The notes under the pieces are model-generated. The model saw nothing but the letters and a program-made list of their open reading frames with translations. It searched no databases and had not been told where the DNA came from. DNA of 64,000 nt from assembly GCA_038087875.1 (NCBI GenBank), contig CM075987.1, positions 27,654,001-27,718,000 of the forward strand, in the 5' to 3' direction. This DNA comes from Malacoraja senta. Lineage: Eukaryota. Every line of letters starts with the position of its first letter. The first letter of the stretch is position 1. The position numbers and the translations under genes are program-made. This document shows, in pieces, positions 34,069 through 48,245 of the stretch.

Positions 34069-37000
34069 TGCCCTATGCTGCCGTCCCTGGCTGCCCGCAT
34101 GCCGCCCCCGGTTTGCACCACCTCCCAGCCGCGCCTGCCATCATCAACCCTTTCTTGCACACCCACCGCCAGGGGATCGCGAGCATTGACTCCGCCGACC
34201 CTCGCCTCTCCCCTGGCCACCAGCATGCCGGGGCTGTCAACTCACCTGCATTCCAGGGTCTGAAGAAGGGTCTTGACCCGAAACATCACCTATCCGTATG
34301 CTCCAGAGACACTGCCTGAACGGCTGAGTTGCTCCAGAACTTTATCTCCTTTTCAGTATTAACCAGGATCTGCAGTTATTTGTTTCTACTATTATACAAT
34401 GATAATACCTTACTCAGTTATAACAGACACCAGTCTACCCCCCCCCCCTCTCCCATGGTCCATTATAACTAGGGTTTACTGCAAAATGGCAGGTATCATT
34501 CCTATGGGTGCTTGTGTACCAAACCATAAAGGCACTCACTGCCTGATCTGCTTACTGTCCTCACATCACACTGCCCCGTTGGTATTGTTTTCCAGTTCTG
34601 TTCACAGACAGCCTTTTTGCTGAGGCTGACGGGATTGTACTACACTTGTGATGTGAACGGGAACTGGAATTTTTCATTGCAACCGCATTTATGATGGGTG
34701 TACTCTCTAGGCTGAGATATTAAAAGCTTCAAATGAGTAAACATCTTCAGTTTGCTTGTGACGTATTCAGCAGGGCTGTAGCCATGGGAAAGTGCCTTGA
34801 GATTTTTACAGAATTAAAATAAAGGCACTCTGGGTGATTTGTTCTATTTTCAAAAATGACATTTAATAACTATTTGGTTGTTAATTTTGCAAGAGTTTAG
34901 GGAGCCTCTGTCTTATTTCATATCTTTAATTTCAACTTTTTCTTTATCATTTTAAATGTAGTGATTCAAATTGGGATCTGAGTTAATTGACGGCGGTGGT
35001 GTGGTCATGCTGCTGCTCAGCTGGTGATTATGTCAGGAGGGATAAAGCAGTGGCGTGTGATTGGAGTACTGAGATTGGGAGCGGTGTTGGTGACAGGCTG
35101 GTGCTTAGATTTTTTCGTTTAGAGATGCAGCGCGGAAACAGACCCTTCAGCCCACTGAGTCTGCATCGTGTTAGAACCATCAACGTCAAACCCAGGCACC
35201 TGCCCTGTACAGATGTCTAGTGTAAAAGGAGGATGCACTAGGAGGAGAACATTGTTTCCTACACCATCTACGCAGTTGCTCCCTCGATCACCTACTGTCT
35301 CACTTGTGACTGGGTCTGTGGTTCCTCCATTAACTTCGAAACCCACGACAACGGAGACCCGACAGAGAAAGGTCGGGTCCTCCATACAGGGAAGAGATTT
35401 TTTTAAGTTTCCCCCGCCCCCCACATATAAATGGTATTGTATTGTAACACCGCAGTGAAAGCAAGTCATCAAATCCGAGAGACTACGTCAAAAAGAAGAA
35501 CTACAGAACATTTGAGCAAACCTATTTGTTTTTTCTACTCATTTGAAGGATGAGCCAGCATGCCATCACCCATCCCTAATTGCCCTCAGGAAGATGATGG
35601 TGAGCTGCAGTGTGAATGTGTACACAACGGGGTTAGCTAGGCAGCTCCAGGGTGGTGGCCAAGTGACTGTGAAGGAATGGTGTAGGAAGGAACTGCAGAT
35701 GCTGGTACAAAATGCTGGAGTAGCTCAACGGGGCAGGCAGTGTCTGGAGAGAAAGAATGGGTGAAGAAAGATCACCCATTCCTTCTCTCCAAAGATGCTT
35801 TCTGTCCTGCTGAGTTACTCCAGCTTTTTGTGTCTATCTTCCATGTGTAAACCAGCATCTGCAGTTCCTTCCTGCACATTTCCACAACATGAATTGGACA
35901 TAACATGGGTGGTGAATCAGGGAACACAAGTCAAGAGAGTTTATTGAACACTATTTTATTAAGAGGGCCAAATTGGTGACAGTGAAAATTTGATCAGGAA
36001 CCAAAGAACCACTTGCAAGTTCCTTTAGAGATTGACAATCTCAAGAAAGGCTGTCCTGTTCCATGAAACCTTGTTACTTTAATGGCTGTGCCCATTGCAA
36101 GTGACAAGCTATCACTTTGATTGACACTTGTGCAATCTATTAAATCCTGTAATCTGCAGCCTTTAGTACTTCAGCTTGCAGTAACAAAAATAAACTTATT
36201 GCAATAACCTTGTTAATGTGAGTCTCAAACTCTATAGCCCCTATCCTCCTTTCCTCCATTGACACGTCTTTGCAACACGATTTTCTATAACGTGCGGTGT
36301 CATTATGGTTTATTTTTATTACTTTATGTATGAGACCTTTGCAATCTTCTGTTAATGATTGGCTGTTAGGTCTTTCTGTATAATTATATTTGGTGTGTGG
36401 AGCAAAGATGTACTGTCGGGAGTGAGCCTGGACCGAAATCCAGTAGCAATTATGCAGCAATGATTTGTTATTTAATCTTTGCTATCAGTTGTAGATCTGA
36501 CCTGACCTACCTGTCAATCCATCGTCAGCAGAAAGGAGACCTTCATACTTTCACGTTGGCTTAGAACTAGGTTCATAAATGAGAACAACGTGGGAACATG
36601 ATGTGCCAACCAGATTCTAATTTAACCAGAAAAAAAAACAGATGAAAGATATATTTGGCAACCAAAGTCACATAAAAAAACTTAAATCATGAACATTCCT
36701 GATCTTCTGAGAACTTGTTGGCATTGTTTATAAATAATCTGTTGTTTTAAGACTCGTGTTGTTGGAAGCGTCAGTGCCATATTGAGTTACGGTCCCATGC
36801 AAGGATGAAGACCCTTGGGCTTTTGAGGCAAAGATTTGTTGTTCCTGTGTTATAAGGTGATTTGGGTTTATGTAGGATTTTCACAGCCATGGAACTTCTC
36901 AAAGCAGTTTACAGACAAAGAAAGGCTTTTATAATGTAGGCAAAATTATAGGACAGAGAACAGCCGATCTGTGGACAAGTAGTAATGTGATCATGATTAG

Positions 37001-39749
37001 ATAACGTTATCCAAACTAGAAAAGGTCGTTAAATTGATCAACATTAGTCCTTGTGTCCTCCAAGACCTCACCCATCATCTCTCCACACATGCACTCGTTA
37101 CAGCAGGGAGGCTCTAGGTAACAATTGATAGACAGAAAGCTGGAGTAAACTCAGCGGGTCAGGCTGCATCTATGGAGAGAAGGAATATGTGACTTTTCAG
37201 GTCGAGACCCTTCTTCAGACTTCAGTTGATTGCGAACCCCACCTGACTTTGACCCTTCCAAACCTATGCTCATATGTTGCATTTCATGAAAAAATAAACA
37301 TGTTCTTCAAAGTGCTTTGGATCTTTGAACCTTTATTTATTTAATAATATTAGAAATACTGAATTCACAAAGAAAAATCTGCTTGGCCAGAGAATTGTCA
37401 AATTGCTGTTGTTTCCTTGGCATTGACTTGGTCTTGACCAGCCCTGAGAACTGTCTATCAGTCTGAGGGACAGGGTGGGTGGAGGGAAAGCTCATCTGAA
37501 GAAACTGTTCATACTATGTCCACTTTCAGATAGAAACCCAATCATTGCAAAGGAAAGGCTGTGGATTATCTATAGGGTTTTCCTGGCTTGTAGCAACGTT
37601 GTGCTCAAAGTAATCTTCATACTTAACTGAAAATCAAAATGCTGCAAATATAAAAGCATTTAAGTTTGCTAACCTCATTGGCTCACGGTTGCATCGTCAG
37701 TTGCGTTTTAATAAAAAATAGTGAGTTATTGATTACGACGGATCCTGACGTGTGCTTTCAGTAAACATTAACTAGCACCTTTATTAGCCAGTCAGCAGAT
37801 GACAGAGTTAATGTGGGCACTCTCCAACATTGCTGACATTTCTGTGGTGCATAGCGAGAGGCAAGCATGAATAACAGCACCGAGGTAAGTGCGATTCCAA
37901 AGAAGCACTGGTCTGGGGCCGCAGTGACCCAGAGGTGCAGGATGAAGTCTGCGATAAGAATAAAGAGAACAGTATAATCAAACTGGAGATTGTATGCGAT
38001 TACTCTAGATAGATTTTACGTATTAGTCTGGGAGAGCGCAGGGCAAGTTGTTGAGTTTCTGGGAATGATTAATCAGTCTGTTTTATATATATATATATAT
38101 TATATATACCTGACTTTCTCTGTTTATAATGGTGTGTACAGAGCACCATGTTTACGTAGCTCTTGTGCTGCTACAAGTAAGCATTTCATTGGTCCATTTT
38201 GGGACATATGACAATAAAACACTCTTGACTCTTGGCATGTATCATTGTGGGGTAAATATGCATTGAACATGTATAAGAAAAATAATTCTTCAACATCTGA
38301 AATCTCTAATTTGTGCTATTATGTGATTGTGTCCACACACTTATTTCCCATGTCTGCTGATTTTTCAACCCTGATGTAAACTGCATATGTTCAGGAGGGA
38401 TGTTGGGGTGGGGAGAAGACAAGAGTTGGTGGCAAGAGCTCCAGGGTGGATTAGTCATAGTCTCAAGACGGGTCTCGACCTGAAACATCACCCATTCCTT
38501 CTCTCCAGAGCATTGAACAAACATCTTGCTCCCCTGGTTTGTACCTTCGCCTATTTCCACATTATAAGGAACATGGATAATACATGTGTGCATGTATGAA
38601 GCATCACCCATTCCTTCCCTCCAGAGATGCTGCCTGTCCCGCTGAGTTACTTCAGCATTTTGTGTCTATCTTTGGACTATTCATGTTGTCCTTCCTGAAT
38701 GTATCTTCAGTTGTTCAGACAACATCAAGGAAGGATAAAATGCTGTAACAACTACACTAACCTTTCATCAGAATTAGGTTTCAGGTCGTTAACCTGCAAT
38801 GTTAACTCGGGTTTGTCCTCCACAAATCCAGCTTGACTTGAGTATTTCCAGCAGTTTTATTTTTAGTTTAATTTCTGTTATTCATAGTTTTTCATAGGAT
38901 TTTAAAAAATCCAACATGTTTTACAAGTGCTTGTTATTACCCCTGGGGGGAGAGGTTGGTCCACATCTCTATACTGTTACTCTATTGACTTCTAAATCTT
39001 TTGTGCTCAGTGTTATGTGAATGCTACACAGTCTTCACCACTGCTTTAATGCTCTTCCTTGGCATCTAGTTGTTCACCCATACCCCCTTCCAATTGGTGA
39101 GCCATAGAGTGATACAGCGTGGAAACAGGCCCTTCAACCAAACTTGCCCACACTGGCCAACATGTTTCACTACACCAAGCCTCTGTGTTTGGCCCATATC
39201 CCATTAAACCTGTCCTATCCATGTATCTGTCTAATTGTTCCTTAAACGTTGCAATAGTCCTTGCCTTAACTACCTCCTCTGGCAGTTTGTTCCATACACC
39301 GACCGCCCTTTATGTAAAAAAAAAGTTATCCCTCAGATTCCCATTACATCTTTCCCCATCTTGTTCTATTATTAAATTAAATTCTTGACATTACTATCAA
39401 GGTTTAGTTGAGCATTTTTTTCTGGGCAGTCCCTGGGGATCAAGGAAGATTTGCTTTCCTTCCCATTCTGAGTTCAGAGATGGCTGACGAGCCCAATGTG
39501 GGAACTACAGACTCATCCATGTGTGGGGCAGGAGGTGGCTGATGAGGTGAGCAATTGGGAGAGTGTGTTGAGTGATTGTCTCCCTTTCCGCCTCTGCATG
39601 GGCTCAGTGCTGGCTGAGGTTGTCACTGACTTCCTGAATGCCCCGTCCCCTCTGAGCAGTTAATCCAGACAATCCCAGGAGTTTGCCGGAATCTTGGACT
39701 GTTTCAAATAAACTTAGGCAGATTTTTAACGGGGATCTGATTTTGAAGA

Positions 39750-40172
39750 TCTTAACTGGGTTTATATTCACTGGAATTTAGAAGGATGAGAGGGAATCTT
39801 ACAGAAGCATATAAAGTTCTTAAGGCACAGGCTAGATACAGGAATTATTTCCCCCGATGTTGGGGTAGTCCAGAACCAGCGGTCACAGTTTAAGAATAAG
39901 GGGTAGGCCATTTAGGACTGAGATGAGGAAAAACTTTTTCACTCAGAGTTGTGAATCTGTGGAATTCTCTGCCACAGAAGGCAGTGGAGGCCAATTCACT
40001 GGATATATTCAAGAGAGATTTAGATATAGCTCTTAGGGCTAACGGAATCAAGGGGTATGGGAAGAAAGCAGGAACAGGGTACTGATTTTGGATGATCAGC
40101 CATGATCATATTGAATGGCGGTGCTGGCTCGAAGGGTCGAATGGCCCAATCCTGCACCTATTGTCTATGTTT
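39750..40172 (+). mobile_element. CR1 LINE 3' end
   Basis: Same 3' sequence as the other CR1 copies (gaatttagaaggatgagagg...gtgaatctgtggaattctctgccacag). Similar fragments at ~2040-2420, 6480-6820, 9110-9460(-), 12880-13195, 30830-31140, 42050-42350, 43100-43510(-) and 54295-54490. Confidence 0.8.
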
Positions 40173-43100
40173 CTCTGTCTGAATATGCCTTTCCAACGCA
40201 TTAAAATTGGTGTGAGAGAGGGGTAAGTGGGGAAGTACGATATGCGAAAGCTGTGGTAGGCAGTGTGTACAATGGGCAGAAAGGTGTTTATCTACATTGT
40301 AAAATACATGGAAGTGTAATATAAAATATGACAACCCGAGCAGCAAGACATAAAGTAAACGACATTGAATTATCAGTAAGATTTAAAGAAATTTTGCATC
40401 TGCAAAATAATAATGAGGATGCTGATCATGGCATTTAATGTATAGAAGGATATGGGCAAGATGAATCTGGGGCTTAGCTCTGAAATGTCCATGTTGGTGG
40501 CAAAGGTAGTGTGTTTATGCTGACAAGGCTGCTCAAAGGTTAAGCAGGAGTGAGCTGTGTGGAGTGGGCTTTCTGATTCGGTGTGTAAGTTGCATTGGAG
40601 CACCGAGTCTCTCCAGCATCCAGCAACTCAAATGTCAATGCGATGGTTAAATAGCCAAAGAATTCTCACTGCAAACCAGCAGATACAAAGATAATTATTA
40701 TTATAGTATTACTAAGCAGTTTACTGAAATCTTAAATTAAAATTGGGACAAGCTAATGGGTTTATGGTAGGAAGTGAGACATGCACACAATGTTGTTTGC
40801 ATCAGTGAAGACAGCAACAGTTGAACAGAAACACCCACTGGATTTCAGTGCCTAACTGCGCCTGTAAATGTAGGAACTGCTTCTGGTGTTATTGAAGCAT
40901 TGACAGTTCTACCATTTCCAATCATGTTCCAGATCATTAACAAAATAAATGTTATATAAAATTAGTGCCTTTCACGTTATTGGTTAGCTTTTGATCTTCA
41001 CTTTCTCCATTCCCTCTCTCCCTGTTTTGGTATATTTTCTCTTTTATCAGCCCCTCCTTCTCCATTCCGACATAGAAACAAAGAAACAAATTTCATTTTT
41101 CACATCTTCGGGACATCTCAGCAAGGCCAATTTAATTTAATTCTGAATTGTAATCATTGATTATGTAGAGTAAACAGTCAGATAATTTGCAGATAGCAAG
41201 ATCTTCCTGCAAATTAGCAGACAAGATAAGGAACAAGGGTCCCGCCCCTTTCTCCAGAGATGCTGCCTGACCCGCTGAGTTACTCCAGCACTTTGTGTCT
41301 ATCTTCGGTGTAAACCAGCATCTGCAGTTCCTTTCTACTCATTGTGGTTTGGGTTGAGTGTTAATTGACGGCTGGAACTCTGCGAGGTTTCTTGGTGCCA
41401 TTTTCTCTTGTGTTGTGGTGGTGGGGGCCTGGGCCACATGGCCAGGGGCAGTGCTGAAGGCAAATACAATAGTGGTGTTTAAAGAGGTATTTGGATAGAC
41501 ACATGGAAGTGCAGGGAATAGAGGGAGAATTACGGATCATTTACAGGCATATAAGATCAGTATCATGTTCGGCTCAAACATTGTGGGCCAACAAGCCCGT
41601 TCCTGTGCTGTACTGTTCTATGTGTGTACAATGGGACAATGGGATGTTGTTGAATTTTGCTCAAAAATATTAACACTGACAATACTGCATCCACTCCCCA
41701 TTGCAATAAACTGTCAAGTGAAATTAAAGTTTAAATAAAAATTGAAATAAACGTCTCAAGCAAAGATTTTCAAGGTGAAATGACAACTACCATGTCAAGC
41801 TGACATGGGTTCAAAGTCCAGGGTGAGCTATTATTGTCAGGGATAGATAAAATAAAGGAGGAAATTGTAGATGAAAGTGGGGCACATATCATGAAGAAGG
41901 TGCAGCAGGAAGAAAGTACTTGGAGTGAGTTCAGTGGAGCAGCAAAGGAGGGGGAGCAGTACACACGCCCAGTTACAAAGCTGAAATAGTTTGACAGGGA
42001 AGAATTGTGGGGGGATGAAAAGCAAAAACATTTGAGGAATAGATTGGCTAGACACACAGTCACTTGCCCAGCATAGGGGAATCGTGAACCAGAGGTCATA
42101 GGTTTATGGTGAGGGGGGAAAGATTTAATAAGAATCTGAGGGGTAACTTTTCCACACAAAGGGTGGTTGGTGTATGGAACAAGCTGCCAGGGGAGGTACG
42201 TTTAAGAAACATTTAGAGAGGTACATGGATAGGACAGCTTTAGAGGGATATGAGCCAAACGCAGGCAGGGGGGACTTGTGTAGACGGGGACATGTTGGCC
42301 ACTGTGGGCAAGTTGGGGTGAAGGGCCTGTTTCCACACTACATTTCTGTAACTATGACTCTATTTCCTGAAGAGCTGCTGGTGCATTTCATGTAATCTCA
42401 TGGTCACGATTTTAGAGTAAATCATTCTATTTTGTCATTGGAAGATTTTTGAAATAATTTTCAGGCCAAAATTGAAGGACTGGTATTGATCTCCGACATT
42501 ATTTGAACTGTAACATCACATTACCTTTTGATCAAAACATGTACTTTCAGGCGATGCATTTTGATGCATTGAAGTCAAAATTGATGAATTGTATAAAACG
42601 CATCGTTCAGCCTATCTTAATATTGTTATGAGTGGAAGGAGAGGGGGCTAAGGCCTTGGGTCGATGGGTCGCAGATATTGAGGAGGAGAGGAGCTGTGTG
42701 GGTGGTGAGGGGAATGAATCATTACTGATCGGACTTGGTCACGAGCTTGATTTTGAAAAGTCCATTCAAATATTGCAACACCCAATACACCGCAGTTACA
42801 ATCGAGTAGCCACTCAGACATTAACAGTGTAGGGTCTGGATGTTAATGTTTAGGATTAAATTAATGCTGCAAACAGGTTTGTGCACGTTGTCCTATCCTT
42901 TCATTCTGTCCTATTTCCAGTAATAGTTGACATATTCTGTCACTAGAAGGAACTGTTGTTGCACTTCACGTAATACAAAGAACCCAGGGAGCAAATATGT
43001 GGGATTGACTGCTGATAATGAATGGACTGTCAACAATAGCTGTGTAGAAGAAGAGAGAGGGTTGCTGATTACTGTTTGAAAATAATTGGCAGCTGGTTTA

Positions 43101-43654
43101 CGGTCATAAGTGATAGGAACAGAATTTGTCCATTCGGCCCAGCAAGTCTACTCTGCCATTCAATCATGGTTGATTTATTGCTCCCTCCTAACCTCATTCT
43201 CCTGTCTTCTCCCCATAACCCCTGACACCCGTACTAATCAAGAATCTTATCTATGCCTTTAAAATATCCACTGACTTGGCCTCCACAGCCTTCTGTGGCA
43301 ATGAATTCTACAGATTCACCACCCTCTGACTAAATAAATTCCGTATCATCTCCTTCTTAAAGGAACATTCTTTAATTCTGAGGCTATGACCTCTAGTCCT
43401 AGACTCTGCCATTAGTGGAAACATCCTCTGCACATCTACTCTATCCAAGCCTTTCACTATTCTGTATGTTTCAATTAGGTCCCCCCCCCCCCTCTCATCC
43501 TTCTAAACTCCAGCAAGTTTATGGGTTTTGGATGATAATTTCGCATTAAGTGGGGCACTGTGATCTCACCAAGAGAGCAGACAGAATTTTATTATTTGCA
43601 TGGAATCAGCCTTTATATAATTGGTTTTCTAAAAAAGATTGGGAATGGTGGGTT

Positions 43655-45610
43655 GAATTCAAATTCAAATTCAAAAACTTTATTTGCGATTTGTGCTTAC
43701 ACATAGGAACTCTTGTGCGGTTGTTCAGAGAGTCAAGTCAAGTCAAGTTAAAAAGACACACAGAAAGACACATAATCTATAAAAACATATACTTCTCTAG
43801 AAATAAAAAAGAAAGTGCCTAAAACCCTATATGTTATGAGGTGGATCAGGACATCAGTTCATTTTGTTTTGGCCAAGAGTCTCACTGTGGCAGGGAAGAA
43901 GCTCTTGAAAAAGCGTGTTCTGTTTGTGGCGATGCTGTCCGCTCGTCTGTGCCTGAGGTTGTATGTGCAGTTTTTGTGTTTGAGCAGGGAGTGAGCTGGA
44001 TGTAGTGTGTCTCTGATGATTCTCTCTGCTCTTTTTTGACAGCGCTGTGTGTAGATTGTTTCCATGGAGGGAAGTTCCGTTCTGATAATCCTCTCTGCAG
44101 TCTTTATGACTCTTTGCAGAGCCTTCCTCTCTGTCTGTGTGGTGTTTCCATACCACACCGTGATGCCTGTGGTGAGGATGCTCTCTATCAGTCCTTTGTA
44201 GACCTGGGTGAGAGGGCGACAGTGCAGACCAGCTTTTCTGAGCAGCCTGATGAAGTACAGTCTCTGCTGGGCTTTTTTCACTGTTGCAACAGTGTTCAAA
44301 GTCCAGTTCAGATCTGATTTAACTTGTAATCCCAGGTATCTGTAACTGTCAGCCCTCTGCACCACAGTCCCCTTGATGATGAGGGGCTGCAGGGGGGGTG
44401 GATTTTTTCTGAAGTCCATTATTATTTCTCTTGTCTTGTCTGTGTTGAGGGTTAGGTCGTTCACCTCACCATAGGCAAGAATGTCGTTCACCAGATTCCT
44501 GTAGCCCGACTCGTCCCCCCCCCTTGATGAGGCCCAGGATGGTGGTATCATCCGCATACTTAATAATGATGGTATTTTCCTGGGTGGAGACACAGTCGTG
44601 TGTGTACAGGGTGAAAAGTTTGGGACTGAGACAGCAGCCTTGTGATGATCCTGTGCTGACGGTGAGCTCTGCAGACACCCTCCTTCCCATCCTCACCACC
44701 TGTGGTCTTTCAGTCAGGAAATCCAAGATCCAGTTGCAGGTGGGAGTCGGGACGCCGAGGTCTGTCAGCTTCTCAGTCAGCCTGCCCGGGCGAATGGTAT
44801 TAAAAGCCGAACTGTAATCCAGGAACAGCGTTCTGACGTATGTTCCTCTGCTGTCCAGGTGTTGCAGGATGTGGTGTAGAGCAATGGCCACTGCGTCGTC
44901 CACTGAGCGGTTGGGGCGGTAGGCGAACTGGAGGGGGTCAATCGTGCCCGGGACCATGTGATTGATATGTGTGAGAACCAGTTTTTCTAGACACTTCATG
45001 GCAACTGGCGTGAGTGCCACTGGCCTGAAGTCATTCAGGGTGGATGGATTTGGTTTTTTTGGAATTGGTACGATGGTGGAAAATTTAAAAATACGGGGGA
45101 CCACTGCTTGGTTTAAAGACAGATTGAAGATGTCTACATACACTCCAGTGAGTTGTTCTGCACAGGCCTTCAGAACTTTAGGAGGGACGCCATCTGGTCC
45201 CACAGCCTTGTGGGGGTTCACCTGCCTCAGAGCTTTCAGGACCTGTGTGGGTGTCACCTGAAAGACAGTGTCCGTGGGGTTGCAGGGGGCTTTTGAGGGG
45301 GTGTCTGTGTTCAGTCTGTCAAACCTGGTGTAGAAGGTATTAAGGCTGTCTGGGAGGGTGACATCCTGGGGGTCTGTGGTTGGTACTGTTTTCTTGTAGT
45401 TTGTGACTGCTTGGATTCCCTGCCACATACTGCGTGTGTTGTTACTTAGGTAAAAGCTTTCAAGTTTTTGGGAATAAGCCCTCTTTGCAGCTCTGATGGA
45501 CTTCTGTAGATCGTACCGGGCTTTCTTGTACTCCCCTTGATCTCCTGACTTAAAAGCTTCCTGCCTTTTCCTGATCTTCTGTTTTATGTTTCCATTGAAC
45601 CAAGGTTTCT
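43655..45610 (-). mobile_element. 5'-truncated Rex1/Babar-like LINE (RT), frameshift at the homopolymer ~44515-44523
   Basis: ORFs 44466-45428 and 43859-44593 contain DPLQFAYRPNRSVDDA, FLDYSSAFNTI, YADD and KAQQRLYFIRLL. (TTTGAA)n tail. Confidence 0.9.
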
Positions 45611-45909
45611 GAATAAAAAGATGCTTGGTTTAGTGTGCTTGCATTGTGCACTAAAGTTCTCCAGTTCACAGTTAGGTTGCAGAGGTGCAGCTTGCAGAGA
45701 TGCTGCCTTATAGCGCTAGAGATCTTGATTCATTCCTCACCCTGTATGCTGACCATGTGGAGTTTACACATTCTCCCTGTGACTGCTTGGGTTTCATCCT
45801 GTTGCTCCAGTTTCCTCCCACATCCCAAAGATGAGAGGGTTGTTCGATCAATTAACCTTTGCTGTTTTGGTGAATGATAGAATATGGAGAGGAATTGAGA
45901 TAAAATATG

Positions 45910-46190
45910 CACGGCGGCATAGCGGTAGAGCTACTGCCTTACAGCACCAGCGACCCACGTTTGATCCTGACTACGGGTGCTGTCTGTGCGGAGTTTGTAC
46001 GCTCTCCCCGTGACCTGCGTGGGTTCCCCCCCCCACACTCCAAAGACATACAGATTTGTAGGTTTATTGGCTTGGTGTAAATGTTAAAAAAATTGTCCCT
46101 AGTGTGTGTAGTTAATGTGCTGGGATCGCTAGTCGGTGCGGACTCGTTGGGCTGAAGGGCCTGTTTCCGCGCTGTATCTAAACTGAACCA
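45910..46190 (+). mobile_element. V-SINE (HE1-like), preceded by an older copy at ~45690-45860
   Basis: Head, V-domain and tail match the other copies. Confidence 0.8.
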
Positions 46191-46734
46191 AAATGGGGTT
46201 GATGTAGGTTTAGTGTAAATGGTTAGCACATTGTCACTGGGCTGAAGAGCTTTATCTCCCTATTGTTTTGGAGTGATCCATGCAGGCCTTCTGTGAGCAA
46301 ATATATCCCTGGCAAGATTGCAGTTGTTAGCTTTCCAGTTGAATGGGATCTGTTTCTGTTTTTGTCACTCCAGGCTACCAAATTGAATGAGACTTTCCAC
46401 TGTAAACGTGGAAGGACAAACAAGCCATGTCTGCACATTTGCTTTACCTCCGGTTTCTAAAAGCTGGCACTGCAATCTAATTTCCTGCTGCTTTCTCTGG
46501 AACAGTGCCCTGAGGTGTATAGACATTAGTTTTTAAGTAGTATCTGAAGGACTGGAGAGTTTCAGAGAACATAAGTTGAGACAAATATTGCGAGATGAAA
46601 GCTGCACGAAGCACTATTTTGAAATAAAAACCAGGTGCTGAAGTAGAGAAAATGTTATTTAAAAGTTATCCAATGGCCCTGAGACTTTTGAAGTCTTTTC
46701 ACAAAATGCAGATTGATTTGCATTTTCATGCTTC

Positions 46735-48245
46735 TGGAATGCAACTGTTACTCCACTGTTCAAGAAGGAAGCAAAGCAAAAGTGGGGAAACTATCGGCTG
46801 GTTAACGTGACGTCAATGGTTGGAAAAATGTTAGAGTTCATTATAAAGGATGAGATTTCTGGGTATTTAGAAGCACGTGATAAAATAGGCCAAAGTCGAC
46901 ATGGTTTTGTGAAGGGAAGATCTTGCCTGACGAATCTCTTAGAATTTTTTGAGGAAGTAAATGTCTTCCTGTTTCTCCATAGAAAAAAAGAAAGGGGTGG
47001 CACGGTGGCGCAGCGGTAGAGTTGCTGCCCTACAGCACCTGAGACACAGGTTCCATCCTGACTATGGGTGCTGTCTGTACGGGGTTTGTACGTTCTCCCC
47101 ATTGCCACGTGGGTTTTCTCCGGGTGCTCCAGTTTCCTCCCACATTCCAAAGACGTGCAGGTTTGTAGGTCAATTGCCTTTGATAATGATTGTACATTGT
47201 CCCTAGTGTGTAGGATAGTGGAGATCGATGGTCAGCGCGGACGCAGTGGACCGAAGGGCCTGTTTCCATGCTGTATCTCTAAACTAAAAACTAAACTAAA
47301 TAGCAGGATAGTCAAATGGACTTTCAGAAGGCCTTTGATAAGCTGCCACACATGAGGCTGCTAGAGTAGATGAGAGCCTGTGATATTAGAGGGAAGATGC
47401 TTACTTGGATAGAAGGTTGGCTGAATGGCAGAAGGCAAATGGCAATAAAGGGGGCTCTTTCTGGTTGGCTGCCAGTCACTAGGAGTACTGGTGCAGGATT
47501 CACAAAAGGTTAATCTGCAAGATGAATTGGTGGTAAGGAAGACAAATGCAATGTTAGCTTTTATTTCGAGAGGACTAGAGTATAAAAACAGGGATGCAAT
47601 TCTGAGGCTTTATAAGGCACTGTTCAGACCACATTTTGAGTATTGTGAGTAGCTATGAGCCCCGTATCTGAGGAAGGATGTGCTGGCCTTTAGGAGGGTC
47701 CAGAGGAGGTTTACGAGAATGATCCCAGGAATGAGTGGGTTAATGTATGATGAGCGTTTGACGGCACTGGGCCTGTACTCTCTGGAGTTTAGAAGGATGA
47801 GGGGACACCTCATTGAAATTTACCGAATAGTGAAAGGCTCGGATAGAGTCAATGTGGAGAGGATGTTTCCACTAGTGGGAGAGCCTAGGACCAGAGGTCA
47901 TAGCCTCAGAATAAAAGAATGTACCTTTAGAAAGGAGATGATACAGAATTTCTCTAGTCAGAGGGTGGTGAATCTGTGGAATTCATTGCCACAGAAGGCT
48001 GTGGAGGTGAAGTAATGTATTAACTAACTAATTAACTAATTAATTAATATGTTTGAATGAATTTGAATGAATACGTTTGAATGAATGAAATTGATATTTT
48101 TAAGGTGGAGATTGACAGATTCTTGATTGGGTGTCTGAGGTTATGGGGAGAGGGCAGGAGAATGGGGTTGAGAAGGAGAGATAGATCAGCCATGATTGAA
48201 TGGCGGAGTAGTAATGGCCTACTTCAGCTCCTATGACTTATGAAC
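46735..48245 (+). mobile_element. CR1-clade LINE fragments with a nested SINE (46999-47299)
   Basis: HGFVKGRSCLTNLLEFFEEV, RVQRRFTRMIPGM and SQRVVNLWNSLP, followed by a typical CR1 3' tail. Confidence 0.85.
46999..47299 (+). mobile_element. tRNA-derived V-SINE (HE1-like)
   Basis: A-box-like ggtggcgcagcggtag, V-domain gtttgtacgttctcccc..gtgggttttctccggg, and (TAAAC)n tail. Confidence 0.85.

Noticed and set aside
46999..47075. tRNA-like sequences (ggtggcgcagcggtagag...)
   Set aside because: SINE heads that continue into the V-domain and tail; no complete cloverleaf.
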